DNA of 64,000 nt from an uncultured Rhodospirillales bacterium (GTDB lineage: Bacteria; Pseudomonadota; Alphaproteobacteria; RF32; CAG-239), in assembly GCA_902761715.1 (NCBI GenBank), contig CACWLK010000003.1, forward strand, positions 21,498 through 85,497, given 5' to 3'. Both the position numbers and the translations under genes were made by a program. Position 1 is the stretch's first letter, and every line of letters begins with the position of its first letter. The notes under the pieces were generated by a model, which worked only from the letters and a program-made list of their open reading frames with translations, did no database searches and was not told the origin of the DNA. Shown piece by piece: positions 17,607 through 26,991 of this stretch.

Positions 17607-19274
17607 CTAATATACCGGACGTTGGTCTAACAAACCGCACCAACGTTCAACTTCATCCAAGTCAATCAAACCTTTTAACATTCTTTCCAATGCCGCATCT
17701 TTCAACGGACGACCATTCAAATCACTGGTCCAATAGTCAATTGCTTTACGGGTTTCGCCGGCAATCATCAGTTCCAAAAACGTAGCATCAGGCAAAATCA
17801 TCTCTTGCACGCCCAAACGTCCTTTAATACCACGACCGCCGCAGAATTTACAGCCCGGACCTTTCAAATAAGTGTTTTCAATACCAAAATCACCTAATGC
17901 GGTTCTCAGCCTTTGCACTGCCGGATTATCAAGATGTTCTCTTGCCGGCATACGGCAATAAGGGCAAAGTTTACGGAACAAACGTTGCGAAACCAAACCT
18001 TTTAACAACTCCGGATCACCTAACATATATGACTGCACACCCATATCACGCAGACGAGTAACAATTGCCGGCGCCGAGTTGGCGTGCAATGTTGTCCATA
18101 CCAAGTGTCCCGACAATGCTCCCTTAAACACCAAGTTGGCGGCTGACAATGAACGAGTTTCACCAACCATCAAAACGTCAGGGTCGGAACGCAATGCCGC
18201 ATTCAGCGCCAAGCCGAATTGCTCGGCTTTTTCTTCTTCAGTATTAGCGTTCGTAACCGGCATTTGTCTTGCCCCCGGGATCGGGTATTCCGGCGGGTCT
18301 TCCACCGTCAGCAGGTTAACCTCGTTATTTTTTTCCTTAATCAGCTTAATCATGTTGCGTTGCAACAATGTAGATTTGCCCGAACCGGTAGGCCCTGCCA
18401 CAACATTCAGTCCGACCGGAGCCGAACGCAGACGGAAAAACAAATCCTGCTCATAGTCGCCGCATCCCAAAGCTGACAAGTCATCACTACCGTCAGGGTT
18501 ATCATCGGCGTACAAAATACGCATAACCAAATATTGAGAGCCGAACGCAATCGGGTTAAATTGCAAACGAATAGCCAACACGTTGTGCGGCAACATCAAT
18601 TTACCTTTTGATCCGCGCAACGGAGTAGAGCCCAGCTTTTGTGCACCTTGGAACTCGTTTTGCGCATAGTTTGAGTCGGAAATATCAGCTGACGCAAACG
18701 CCGCACGCACAAACAAATCGCCCCATTCTTTGCTGTACTCCATCTCTTTTACCATAATACCGTTGGTACGGAAAATTACCTCCGAATAATTGTCGGAAAC
18801 CACAACGTGTACGTCCGACACTTTCATTGATGAAGCGCGCTTTACAATATTAACGAAGTCTTGTTGCATTTGCAGACGTTCCAAGTCAACATCATCGCCC
18901 GAAATCGTCTTGTTGCGCTCTGCCATTGCATAAATGGTATTAAGCTCGTTTTGCGAAATATATTGCGGCTGCTGCATAACCAGCCCTTTTTTGGCCGCAA
19001 TCGTTTGGAAGTTGAGCACCGGACCATCAAACTTATGCTCTAAAGATACCAAAAATTGACCGTCCGAAAACAGCGCCAAACGGCGTCTGGTTTCGTCGTT
19101 AATATTCAGGGTTGTTCCGTCCGGAAGTTTTGCGCCGGGAAGCGTACACAGATAGTTGCCGTTGGCAAACAATCCTTCAATAAAAGCCTTTGCGTCAAAA
19201 GGCTTTTTGGGAGCGGCTTTTTCTTCCGCTCCCTCTGCTTGAGATTCTTCTTTTTTTTCTTCTTCTTCCGCCAT
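17607..19274 (-). CDS. pilQ: GspE/PilB-family assembly ATPase (PilQ in R64 nomenclature)
   Basis: Walker A GPTGSGKST, Asp box TVEDPPEYPIPG, Walker B DPDVLMVGETR, His box GHLVWTTLHAN and tetracysteine CPYC...CKFCGG. Confidence 0.92.
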   Translation of the reverse strand: MAEEEEKKEESQAEGAEEKAAPKKPFDAKAFIEGLFANGNYLCTLPGAKLPDGTTLNINDETRRRLALFSDGQFLVSLEHKFDGPVLNFQTIAAKKGLVMQQPQYISQNELNTIYAMAERNKTISGDDVDLERLQMQQDFVNIVKRASSMKVSDVHVVVSDNYSEVIFRTNGIMVKEMEYSKEWGDLFVRAAFASADISDSNYAQNEFQGAQKLGSTPLRGSKGKLMLPHNVLAIRLQFNPIAFGSQYLVMRILYADDNPDGSDDLSALGCGDYEQDLFFRLRSAPVGLNVVAGPTGSGKSTLLQRNMIKLIKEKNNEVNLLTVEDPPEYPIPGARQMPVTNANTEEEKAEQFGLALNAALRSDPDVLMVGETRSLSAANLVFKGALSGHLVWTTLHANSAPAIVTRLRDMGVQSYMLGDPELLKGLVSQRLFRKLCPYCRMPAREHLDNPAVQRLRTALGDFGIENTYLKGPGCKFCGGRGIKGRLGVQEMILPDATFLELMIAGETRKAIDYWTSDLNGRPLKDAALERMLKGLIDLDEVERWCGLLDQRPVY

Positions 19275-19287
19275 TTTTTTTCAACGG

Positions 19288-20745
19288 TTATTTAACAATC
19301 ATTCCTTTACCGAGGCTCGGAATTCCTTTGGTAACATTAAATCTGCGTCGTGCAGCCGGAGTTCCGTTGGCTCCACCGTCAGCTCCGCCGTCGCTTGCAG
19401 AAGAAGACGAGTGTGTAGGTTCTTTAATATTTACGGCAGGTTTGGTCGGTTCACGATCCAAAATACCACCGGCAGCAAAATAGAGATAATCTTTATCATT
19501 CTCTCTTACTGCACTCAGGAAAGTCTTGGTAATTTCATCAACAGTATAACCGTTGCGCAAGGTTGTACCGACCTTGACCATAAAGACATCGCCGTCTTCA
19601 TTAATCAATCTTGCAGCCAAGTCATCACCCGAACCGAGAATTTCCATAATTGCATATTCTCTGCTCAGTTTTACTTTTTCCGGAGCCACTGCTTCAGATG
19701 TTCCGTCAGCAAACGGATTCTTCTTGGCTTTTCCGGACAAAGCGGCTTGTCTTGCTTTTTCCATTTCTGCTTCCAATCTTGTCTTCAAGATTGAAATTTG
19801 ATTTTCGAGGTTAGCCACCTTTTTATCGTGGTTAACTTTTGCAACTTCGGCTTTGCCGCGAACATCCTCGGCTTTTTGAGCAACAATATTGAATTTTTCT
19901 TTATAGTCTTTCAACATTTCTTTAATTTGCTCATCGCGTTTGGCAATCTCAGCATAAATTTCGGCGTTTTTCTTAATCCACTTTTGGGTAGATGCCAACA
20001 TAGTAGCCTTATACGCCTTAACAATTTTTTCTTGACGGAGTTTTTCAAGAGCCATTTCAACTTCTTTCAGTTTGCGTTGCTCTTCTACCATCAGGCGTTC
20101 CTGCTCGTTCTCCCACTCAATGCGTTTGCGCTCTTCTTCAGCTTTGCGAGCCTCTTCTTCCTGTTGAGCCTTTAAGCGTTGAGCCTTAACGGCGGCAATT
20201 TCATTGGCAATTTTTTCCTTTTTCAATTCCAAATTCAACAAGGTTGTCTGTTTTTCCAAATCAGACATTCTCATGAACAACTCGTTGTTGATATTGTCCG
20301 ACAAAACCATAGCAATGCTGGTGTCAGGTTGCGGAGTTGCATTTTGAGCCTGCGGCTGTCCCAAAGGCGAAGTCTGTCCACCTTGGGCTTGTGAGACCTG
20401 ATGCGGAGTAGCATCGATTTGCATATCAATATCGTCAGCTACGTCGTCAAAGCTCATTGAGACCTGATTTGCCCCGCGATCAACATCCACCGGAATAACA
20501 TCTGACGGAGTACTGGTGTTTGAGTTATCTTTTTCCGGAGCTGTCGGCGAAATCAAACCGCTATTTGGCAACGAAACATCTACATTCAACGAAACATCGT
20601 CGCTATTTGATGACAAATCGACTTTTGCACCGCTATCATCATCAAACAATGAAACGGTTCCTTGCGCATTAGCCAAATCAGCCAGCAAACCTGCCGCAGC
20701 CAAAACAGCCAAACCACATAATGTATTTCTAAAACTATAACGCAT
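19288..20745 (-). CDS. PilP-like pilus biogenesis protein, enlarged by a long E/K/R coiled-coil insert
   Basis: Signal peptide MRYSF...LANAQ with SD AAGGAG. The C-terminal module EYAIMEILGSGDDLAARLINEDGDVFMVKVGTTLRNGYTVDEI resembles PilP/GspC-HR beta domains. Position between the PilO-like gene and the ATPase supports the call. Confidence 0.45.
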   Translation of the reverse strand: MRYSFRNTLCGLAVLAAAGLLADLANAQGTVSLFDDDSGAKVDLSSNSDDVSLNVDVSLPNSGLISPTAPEKDNSNTSTPSDVIPVDVDRGANQVSMSFDDVADDIDMQIDATPHQVSQAQGGQTSPLGQPQAQNATPQPDTSIAMVLSDNINNELFMRMSDLEKQTTLLNLELKKEKIANEIAAVKAQRLKAQQEEEARKAEEERKRIEWENEQERLMVEEQRKLKEVEMALEKLRQEKIVKAYKATMLASTQKWIKKNAEIYAEIAKRDEQIKEMLKDYKEKFNIVAQKAEDVRGKAEVAKVNHDKKVANLENQISILKTRLEAEMEKARQAALSGKAKKNPFADGTSEAVAPEKVKLSREYAIMEILGSGDDLAARLINEDGDVFMVKVGTTLRNGYTVDEITKTFLSAVRENDKDYLYFAAGGILDREPTKPAVNIKEPTHSSSSASDGGADGGANGTPAARRRFNVTKGIPSLGKGMIVK

Positions 20746-21991
20746 AGATAGCTCCTTCATAACTCCAAACACCATTTGCAGGGTTATATTGTATTGTATT
20801 CATCTCAAGTCCTGAAAATTTAGTTAACAAATTGCTCCAAATTCTCGGATTATAGTTTGACATGAACTTAAATTTTACAGAAAAATAAACATTCTGTTGC
20901 GGTGAAGTGTAAGTATAGTCAGACAATTCAACCGTTTGTCCGATAGACTGGAAAAAGTTATTCAAAATGTTTTTCAAATCAACCATATTTTTGGTCGGTT
21001 CTGAATTTTCGGTAGCAATTTCGCCCATTGATATTGCGGCCATAGCCATATTTCCGTCCGGAGCGATTGAACGACCTGAAAGATTAACGCCTGATTCGCT
21101 CAAGGCTTTATCAATGGTTGAAATGCGTCCGAATTCTCTGCCCCAAGAGGTACTGGTACTGCTCAAAGAACAATTTACCAAACCGATATTCCACCCCGGA
21201 GGCATAATTTTTACCAAACTCAGCACATTTGCATAGCAACGCTGCATATAAACGTCCTGTTGCGGCAGATTTTCCCATGGTTTTGGCTCCGGCGGAACCT
21301 CTGGCTGAGCAACGACTTTCGGCTGTATCGGTACCACAACCGGCTTTGGCGGAGCCGAAAACAGCATCATAAACAATTTATAAACCAAGTACAGAACAAC
21401 AAATGCAACAACCGCCGCCACAATATAAAAAGTTTTGCCTTTTGTATCAATTTTTTGCAGCTTTACACGGCTTCCGCGTTGCATAATATCGGTCAACGTC
21501 GGGTACAGCGTTTCCTCAATTCCCCATTCAGGCGGGGCAATCTTCAAACGCCAATCCGGCACCATTAACATGCTCATAAATTGCTTTTTGGCATCTTCTT
21601 CGTTTTTGTACAGCATATCGCCGTTTGCCAAAATAACATCATCACGAACGCAGATATACCACCATCCGTTATCAACCTTAAAGACGGCAACAAATGACGG
21701 TTGATCAGCCAATGCCGTGGCTACTGCCGGAGCAGCAACAAACTCACTCTGCTTATAACCATCGGCAGACACACAGATACCAAACTGCGGTGTTTTACCT
21801 TTTTTAATACAATACAGGTCAGCACCTTCCAACACACCCTGCGATGATTCTATAACCTCGGGTTGCGGATTGTCCTGATTTTGTAATGACTGCCAGAACA
21901 AGCTGGTGGCATACTCAACACCGCCTACAACGATACTTGAGCCCCATGTTCTGTTGTCATTAACCTCGTTTATGTCTGTATTCTCTGCCAC
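20735..21991 (-). CDS. PilO-like (type IVb PilO2-position) protein with one central TM helix
   Basis: 418 aa with TM FYIVAAVVAFVVLYLVYKLFMMLF. Call rests on size and position between the secretin and the PilP-like gene; no motif was recognised. GTG start. Confidence 0.4.
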   Translation of the reverse strand: MAENTDINEVNDNRTWGSSIVVGGVEYATSLFWQSLQNQDNPQPEVIESSQGVLEGADLYCIKKGKTPQFGICVSADGYKQSEFVAAPAVATALADQPSFVAVFKVDNGWWYICVRDDVILANGDMLYKNEEDAKKQFMSMLMVPDWRLKIAPPEWGIEETLYPTLTDIMQRGSRVKLQKIDTKGKTFYIVAAVVAFVVLYLVYKLFMMLFSAPPKPVVVPIQPKVVAQPEVPPEPKPWENLPQQDVYMQRCYANVLSLVKIMPPGWNIGLVNCSLSSTSTSWGREFGRISTIDKALSESGVNLSGRSIAPDGNMAMAAISMGEIATENSEPTKNMVDLKNILNNFFQSIGQTVELSDYTYTSPQQNVYFSVKFKFMSNYNPRIWSNLLTKFSGLEMNTIQYNPANGVWSYEGAIYAL

Positions 21992-22009
21992 TATGGTTTT
22001 TCCTTATGG

Positions 22010-23617
22010 TTATTCGTGTACTCTTGTTTCAGGGTTAAGCGGAGATTCCAAAACTACCGGTGTCAAAATAATTACTAAAACACTTCTTGATTTTGAAGCG
22101 ATAGCAGCACCGCCGAGCAAAGAGTTTTCAGCTGAACCGGTACCGATTTTTTCTGCAGAATTTTCAACTCTCTCATAGCCGGTCAAAACCAAAGATTCAC
22201 CGGATTTAAGAGCAACTTCTTGTGAAAAACCGCGAGATTCGATAATCGGGTTCTGAATATACTCACCGCCTTCTTCAGACAAATCTACTTTTTGCAATTC
22301 TAGCAAATCAGACAGCGTCAAATTAAACATCAACAGCATACGACCGTGTTCCAAAATTCTCGGTAAGACGCTCATGGTAAAACCGGTTTCGATTTCTTCT
22401 GTTTCTGTAGAAATATCATAGTTATCGCCATCACCACCACTATTGGTTTTGGTAATTTCAGAAATATAGTTCTGTTTCTTAACTACCTGAATTGGTGCCG
22501 GTTTATTGTTCATTGTCGTAATCGTACCACTGGTTACGATATTTGCGGTATTTTTCTTTGATAAAGCCTGAATGCTGGCGTTGATATCCCAGTCGCCGGG
22601 CATAATCTGCATTGTCAGGTTTTTAGCCACATCATCACTTATGCCAGTGTTCGGGCTGAGAATTTGCAGTCCTCTGATGTCTCCGTGTTGCGGTTTGAAT
22701 GCAGCGCTGAAATCAAGACCGAATGTGTCAGAGTCTCCGACATTAACCTGCAAAACCTTTACACTGATGGCTACTTGTCTTGACAAACGAGCATTCTGTT
22801 CGTTGACATACTTAGACACTTTCTTTATATCAGTCGGCGTTGCCGTCAGCGAAATAGTTCCGTTTGACTGATCAACAGACATCTTAGCATCATCACTAAT
22901 CATTGATCTGATAGTGTTTTCAATATTGCTCCACATCTGCAGCTGGGCTGACGATGACAATGTCAGGCTTGACGAACCGCCACTACCTGAATCTGTGGAC
23001 GATCCACCGATGTTGTTAGCCAAGTTTTGTGTTGTCGGCAAGCTATAAATAACAAAAGTCTTACTTATAAATTTATAAAAGTGAATTTCATTCTTGTCAT
23101 ACTTCCACCACAAGCCGAAGCGTGCAGCAACTTCATCAAGCAATCCGCTCAAAGGACCGCGGTACGATACCAGCATTTTTCCCGGTGCCGCCCAATGGGC
23201 ATTAATTTTATCCGGTGTCGGTTCGTTACCTTCTGCATCTCTTTTAACTTCTTCTTCCAAATTTGATGCATATCTTACTTTGATTGAGGTAATTTTGGTA
23301 ATCATATCGCCGATTTCATAAAGCGTAATCGGGCGATTACTGATCAAAGTAATGCCCTCTTTCGTTTCCAAATAACTTGGAACCGGAGATCCTTCATACT
23401 CAATTTCGCTCTTGTCGCCGAGCCAAATCTCGTCTTTTACATGCACAACATCGTTAGAAATCATTTCTGTAGGAACTTTTGCACGCTCTTTTAACTCGGT
23501 TGTTGCTTCAACTTCTCTTTCCAGAGTAGCATCTAAATCCGTAGATATCGTGCACGCCCCAATCAAGGCGACCACGCCGCAGCCTAAACTATATTTTATC
23601 CATTTATTCATAAGCAT
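22010..23617 (-). CDS. pilN: Lipoprotein secretin of type IVb pilus (PilN-like)
   Basis: Lipobox ALIGAC. C-terminal secretin domain (ANIVTSGTITTMNNKPAPIQVV..., FTMSVLPRI..., ESLVLTGYE..., SVLVIILTPVVL). GGAGG lies 6 nt before the ATG at 23617. Confidence 0.85.
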   Translation of the reverse strand: MLMNKWIKYSLGCGVVALIGACTISTDLDATLEREVEATTELKERAKVPTEMISNDVVHVKDEIWLGDKSEIEYEGSPVPSYLETKEGITLISNRPITLYEIGDMITKITSIKVRYASNLEEEVKRDAEGNEPTPDKINAHWAAPGKMLVSYRGPLSGLLDEVAARFGLWWKYDKNEIHFYKFISKTFVIYSLPTTQNLANNIGGSSTDSGSGGSSSLTLSSSAQLQMWSNIENTIRSMISDDAKMSVDQSNGTISLTATPTDIKKVSKYVNEQNARLSRQVAISVKVLQVNVGDSDTFGLDFSAAFKPQHGDIRGLQILSPNTGISDDVAKNLTMQIMPGDWDINASIQALSKKNTANIVTSGTITTMNNKPAPIQVVKKQNYISEITKTNSGGDGDNYDISTETEEIETGFTMSVLPRILEHGRMLLMFNLTLSDLLELQKVDLSEEGGEYIQNPIIESRGFSQEVALKSGESLVLTGYERVENSAEKIGTGSAENSLLGGAAIASKSRSVLVIILTPVVLESPLNPETRVHE

Positions 23618-24332
23618 TTTCATCCTCCATAGTCTCAACTACCAAGACGCGGTTTCCCTTATAAAAAGTTGCAATAGGTGCCGGACGTGCTCTCGCAAAA
23701 GCTCTGATTAAAGCAGAGCTTACATCAGCAAAACGTCCGCGGAACATAGCCCCTGCGGTTAATGTATAATTACGATTGGTGTTCCATACCAATCTCCAAC
23801 CGGAACGCTCACTCCAGTCAGTCAAAATAGCTTTTAAGCTTTTTCCTTCTTCGGCCAACCAGTCTTGAACGGGATCATCGGCGGCATATTCACCACCCTC
23901 GGTTCCGTCATCATAGGTTTCCATAATATCGCCGGTGTTTGCGGCAACTGCATTTTCATAATCTACAACTTCGCCTTCCAGCATGGGAGGAATTGTGGCT
24001 GACATATTGCTGCCGGCACCACCGTCTACTACCATATAATCACGCGGTGTACGCTCGCCGAACTCTCTGTAGTCGGCAGCAACTTTGGTGTAGTTAACAA
24101 ATTCATCTTCAGCGGCGCATTTGGTGTTGTATTCGCCGGGATATTGTGCGGCAGGGCAGGTTTGTCTGCTCTCAACAGCCGGTTGCTGTCCGTGAAGTGC
24201 AGCATATTCTTCTTGTCCGTGGCGTCTGTCAAAACTTGCACAGCCTGACACCAGTAGAACCCCTAAGAAACTTGCTGATAAAAGAATTTTATAGCTCATT
24301 TTTTCCATGCTTTCCAAGTTGTTTTTAATCAT
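23604..24332 (-). CDS. pilL: PilL/TcpQ-like pilus lipoprotein
   Basis: Lipobox LLVSGC. C-terminal LKAILTDWSERSGWRLVWNTNRNYTLTAGAMFRGRFADVSSALIRAF matches the TcpQ/PilL C-domain pattern. The true start may be the internal MSYKIL (about 24299). Confidence 0.65.
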   Translation of the reverse strand: MIKNNLESMEKMSYKILLSASFLGVLLVSGCASFDRRHGQEEYAALHGQQPAVESRQTCPAAQYPGEYNTKCAAEDEFVNYTKVAADYREFGERTPRDYMVVDGGAGSNMSATIPPMLEGEVVDYENAVAANTGDIMETYDDGTEGGEYAADDPVQDWLAEEGKSLKAILTDWSERSGWRLVWNTNRNYTLTAGAMFRGRFADVSSALIRAFARARPAPIATFYKGNRVLVVETMEDENAYE

Positions 24333-24388
24333 AATTTTATACCATCATACAATCTGAAAAAAAATAATCAAGCACGCTCAAAAAGTTA

Positions 24389-25951
24389 TTACCATGTCTG
24401 ATAATTTGTTTTTGGTTTCGGACTATTTTTTATCATTTTGCTCCTTTCATCTTCACCGATCTTTAATGTCCTTATAATAAAGGAATTAGGCTCGCGTGAT
24501 GTAAATACCGTATTGATTTTGCTTGCATCAATGCCGTTTCCGTCAAGCACCGTGTGTAGCAAATCAAGTCTTCTTTGTTGCAATGCATAAGAACTGTTTT
24601 TATCAATTCTTATTTCCAAGATTATATTCGGATCTTCTGCCGCTTTGTTGGCAAAAGCTTGCACCCAACGCAATGTCTGTCCGGAAATTTCGGCTCTTCC
24701 CGGTTGAAATGAAAGTCGCATTTCTGCCGGCAAAATTTTCGTTCCGCCGTTTTCTCCTCTCAGACTTCCGATTAGCTTTTTACGTGATTTTTTCTTCTTT
24801 GAACGCGATGTCTCGTCTTCTTCTTCAACGCCATCATCATCGTTGTTATTGCCGCCGCTGAACAGCGAAGTCAGGCTCTCAAAAAATCCTTTCTTCTTAC
24901 CTGATTCCGATACTTCACCATCAAGACTTTCGTCTTCAACGTCATTTTCGTAACCGACACGCTCAACCGGCGTTTTTTTAGGCGAAACCAACTGTGGAGT
25001 TAAGTTTTCGTCATTCAAAATATCCTCTGGGATAGGAATAAGAATGTTCTTCACCATTTTTTCTGCGGTTTGGATTTCTTTCCCCTCTTCTTCCATTTTT
25101 GATGGGGCAAGCAGCTTTTCGACTTCACTCTCTTTTCCTAAATCTGAATATTCTTCAACGGCTTTGTTATTTTTTGCAAACTTGTTAGACTTCGCCACAA
25201 TCCATGGATTGTCTTGCGTTTCGCTCATTTCTTGCCATTCACGTTGCTCCGGCTCGTCAATCTGATCATTTACCTCAATCGACATGGTGTCGACGGATAT
25301 TTGACGGCTTGCCGCCGCAATTTGCGTTTCAGGAGCCTTGTCAACTACTTCGACTTTATTATTGCTCATGCCGGTACGACTGTTCTCAAGCGGAATAATG
25401 TCTGTGTCGGCATCGTCTTTTGCGGCAATACTTTTGGCGGTTGCAATTTCCTTGCTGGCATCAGCAATCTTAATAACCTGCTTTTCTTCACTGGTCGGTG
25501 AAACTTTCGGCTTAATATCCGACACCGGAGGAACCCGAGATTTGCTGGCAAGCTTTTGCGGTTTTACTTCTTCCGCATTGCCATCATAGATAGGGACATT
25601 TTCTGCCGAGGTTGCCATATGCTCAATAGGTATATCAGCCACATCTTCTACCGATGCAATCTGGATGGGATACAAAACATCGGAGGTAAGTTCGGCGATT
25701 TCCTTATCACTCAGACCCTCTTCTTCGTTTTTCGGGGCAAGGGTTGAAAGACGGGTTATGGCAACACGCTCGGTTTTTAATGGTTGAGCGGCAAAATCAT
25801 TTTTTTGAAAGAAGAGCGCAATATTTTTCTGCGGAATTTCAACTTTGTTTTGCGGTACCGGAACAACAGACGAAAACACCTCATTTGCAACCCAAATTGC
25901 AAACGAAGAGAGCGTAAAACTTATGCAAAATCCCTTAAGTGTTTTTTTCAT
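24389..25951 (-). CDS. Secreted or anchored acidic protein with OmpA/MotB-like C-terminal domain; first gene of the pilus block
   Basis: N-terminal signal/anchor, about 380 aa of acidic low-complexity sequence, then a C-terminus LSFQPGRAEISGQTLRWVQAFANKAAEDPNIILEIRIDKNSSYALQQRRLDLLHTVLDGNGIDASKI that resembles a degenerate OmpA_C fold. Confidence 0.4.
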   Translation of the reverse strand: MKKTLKGFCISFTLSSFAIWVANEVFSSVVPVPQNKVEIPQKNIALFFQKNDFAAQPLKTERVAITRLSTLAPKNEEEGLSDKEIAELTSDVLYPIQIASVEDVADIPIEHMATSAENVPIYDGNAEEVKPQKLASKSRVPPVSDIKPKVSPTSEEKQVIKIADASKEIATAKSIAAKDDADTDIIPLENSRTGMSNNKVEVVDKAPETQIAAASRQISVDTMSIEVNDQIDEPEQREWQEMSETQDNPWIVAKSNKFAKNNKAVEEYSDLGKESEVEKLLAPSKMEEEGKEIQTAEKMVKNILIPIPEDILNDENLTPQLVSPKKTPVERVGYENDVEDESLDGEVSESGKKKGFFESLTSLFSGGNNNDDDGVEEEDETSRSKKKKSRKKLIGSLRGENGGTKILPAEMRLSFQPGRAEISGQTLRWVQAFANKAAEDPNIILEIRIDKNSSYALQQRRLDLLHTVLDGNGIDASKINTVFTSREPNSFIIRTLKIGEDERSKMIKNSPKPKTNYQTW

Positions 25952-26166
25952 TGTTAACCCATCCGAAAACTAAAGTAAAATAAAGCATGACTCTTGGCAA
26001 GGTCTTATTTGGGGCTGTTAATAAAATCGAATTATTATTTTTTAATCACTTTAAAAACCTGCGAAAAATGCCCAAATTTGCTTTATCATGACTATGAATT
26101 TTTTGTTACAGACTTAAAAAGTTGTGCTGAATCAATACAGTAAGTGCTGTTTTTGCGGCGTCGATA

Positions 26167-26196
26167 TTGCTGGAAATTTCGGCAAAAATTTAGTAT
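26167..26196 (+). promoter_or_regulatory. Candidate sigma70 promoter for the T4SS operon
   Basis: TTGCTG - 18 nt - TAGTAT, about 49 nt upstream of the first virB2 ATG. This is a sequence-only guess. Confidence 0.25.
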
Positions 26197-26244
26197 TCTG
26201 AAAATGTATAAGAAGCACTTTAAATTAATTTAAGGAGAAAAACT

Positions 26245-26604
26245 ATGCGATTTATTAGTAAAAATATGTGGGCATTGGCTGCCTTTGCTTTGGTAGCTTT
26301 TGTTGCCATGACCGGCGATGCTAATGCGACGGTTATGGATACCGCATCCCAAAAAATGGTAACCTTATTCTTAAACGTTAGAACCATCGTATTCATCTTG
26401 GGTGGCTTTGGTTTGGTTGCCGTAGCTTTTGCTGCAATTTTCGGTAAAGTAAACTGGAAATGGTTTGCCGGTTTGGCTGTTGGTTTGGCTGTATTAGCTG
26501 CCGCAAACGCAGTCGTTCAATACTCTGCGGGTAGCAATATGGGTGACGGCCTTGGCAACACTGGTGTCAAGGATACATTTGATGGCGCAGCTGGCGGTAT
26601 TTAA
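26245..26604 (+). CDS. virB2: VirB2/TrbC-type T4SS pilin, paralogue 1
   Basis: Long signal peptide (...GDANA|T), then two hydrophobic helices separated by a basic/aromatic loop FGKVNWKW. 119 aa with SD AAGGAG. Confidence 0.7.
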   Translation: MRFISKNMWALAAFALVAFVAMTGDANATVMDTASQKMVTLFLNVRTIVFILGGFGLVAVAFAAIFGKVNWKWFAGLAVGLAVLAAANAVVQYSAGSNMGDGLGNTGVKDTFDGAAGGI

Positions 26605-26607
26605 AAA

Positions 26608-26626
26608 AAGGGGGCTATGCCCCCTT
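26608..26626 (+). other. GC-rich stem-loop directly after virB2 paralogue 1 (attenuator or RNA-stabilising hairpin?)
   Basis: AAGGGGGC-TAT-GCCCCCTT, 4 nt after the stop codon. No U-tract follows. Confidence 0.3.
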
Positions 26627-26649
26627 ACCGCATTTCAATGGAGGAGAAT

Positions 26650-26982
26650 ATGTTGTACATAAAATTAAAGAGAATTGTTTTAGCTGTTGTATTAGTGTTT
26701 GCAGTTTCTTCAATTTTATTTGCAACCGATTCATATGCAGCTGAGTTGTTCTCTGATTTAATCAATAAGGGAACGGAAATATTTGAGGGAATGCGCGACA
26801 TTATTTTTGCGGTTTCCGGCTTTGGTATTATTGCAATTGCAGTTGGAGGTATTTTTGGTAACTTTAACTGGAAGTGGCTTGGTGCAATCATTATTGGCCT
26901 TATGGTTATCGCTCTAACGTCAGGCATTATACAATACATGGTTGGTTCCAATGTGGTTAATATAACTGACACATTAAAATAG
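26650..26982 (+). CDS. virB2: VirB2/TrbC-type T4SS pilin, paralogue 2
   Basis: Same architecture as paralogue 1, with loop FGNFNWKW. SD GGAGGAG precedes the ATG at 26650; the ORF track start at 26617 is unlikely. Confidence 0.65.
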   Translation: MLYIKLKRIVLAVVLVFAVSSILFATDSYAAELFSDLINKGTEIFEGMRDIIFAVSGFGIIAIAVGGIFGNFNWKWLGAIIIGLMVIALTSGIIQYMVGSNVVNITDTLK

Positions 26983-26991
26983 GAGGAGGCT

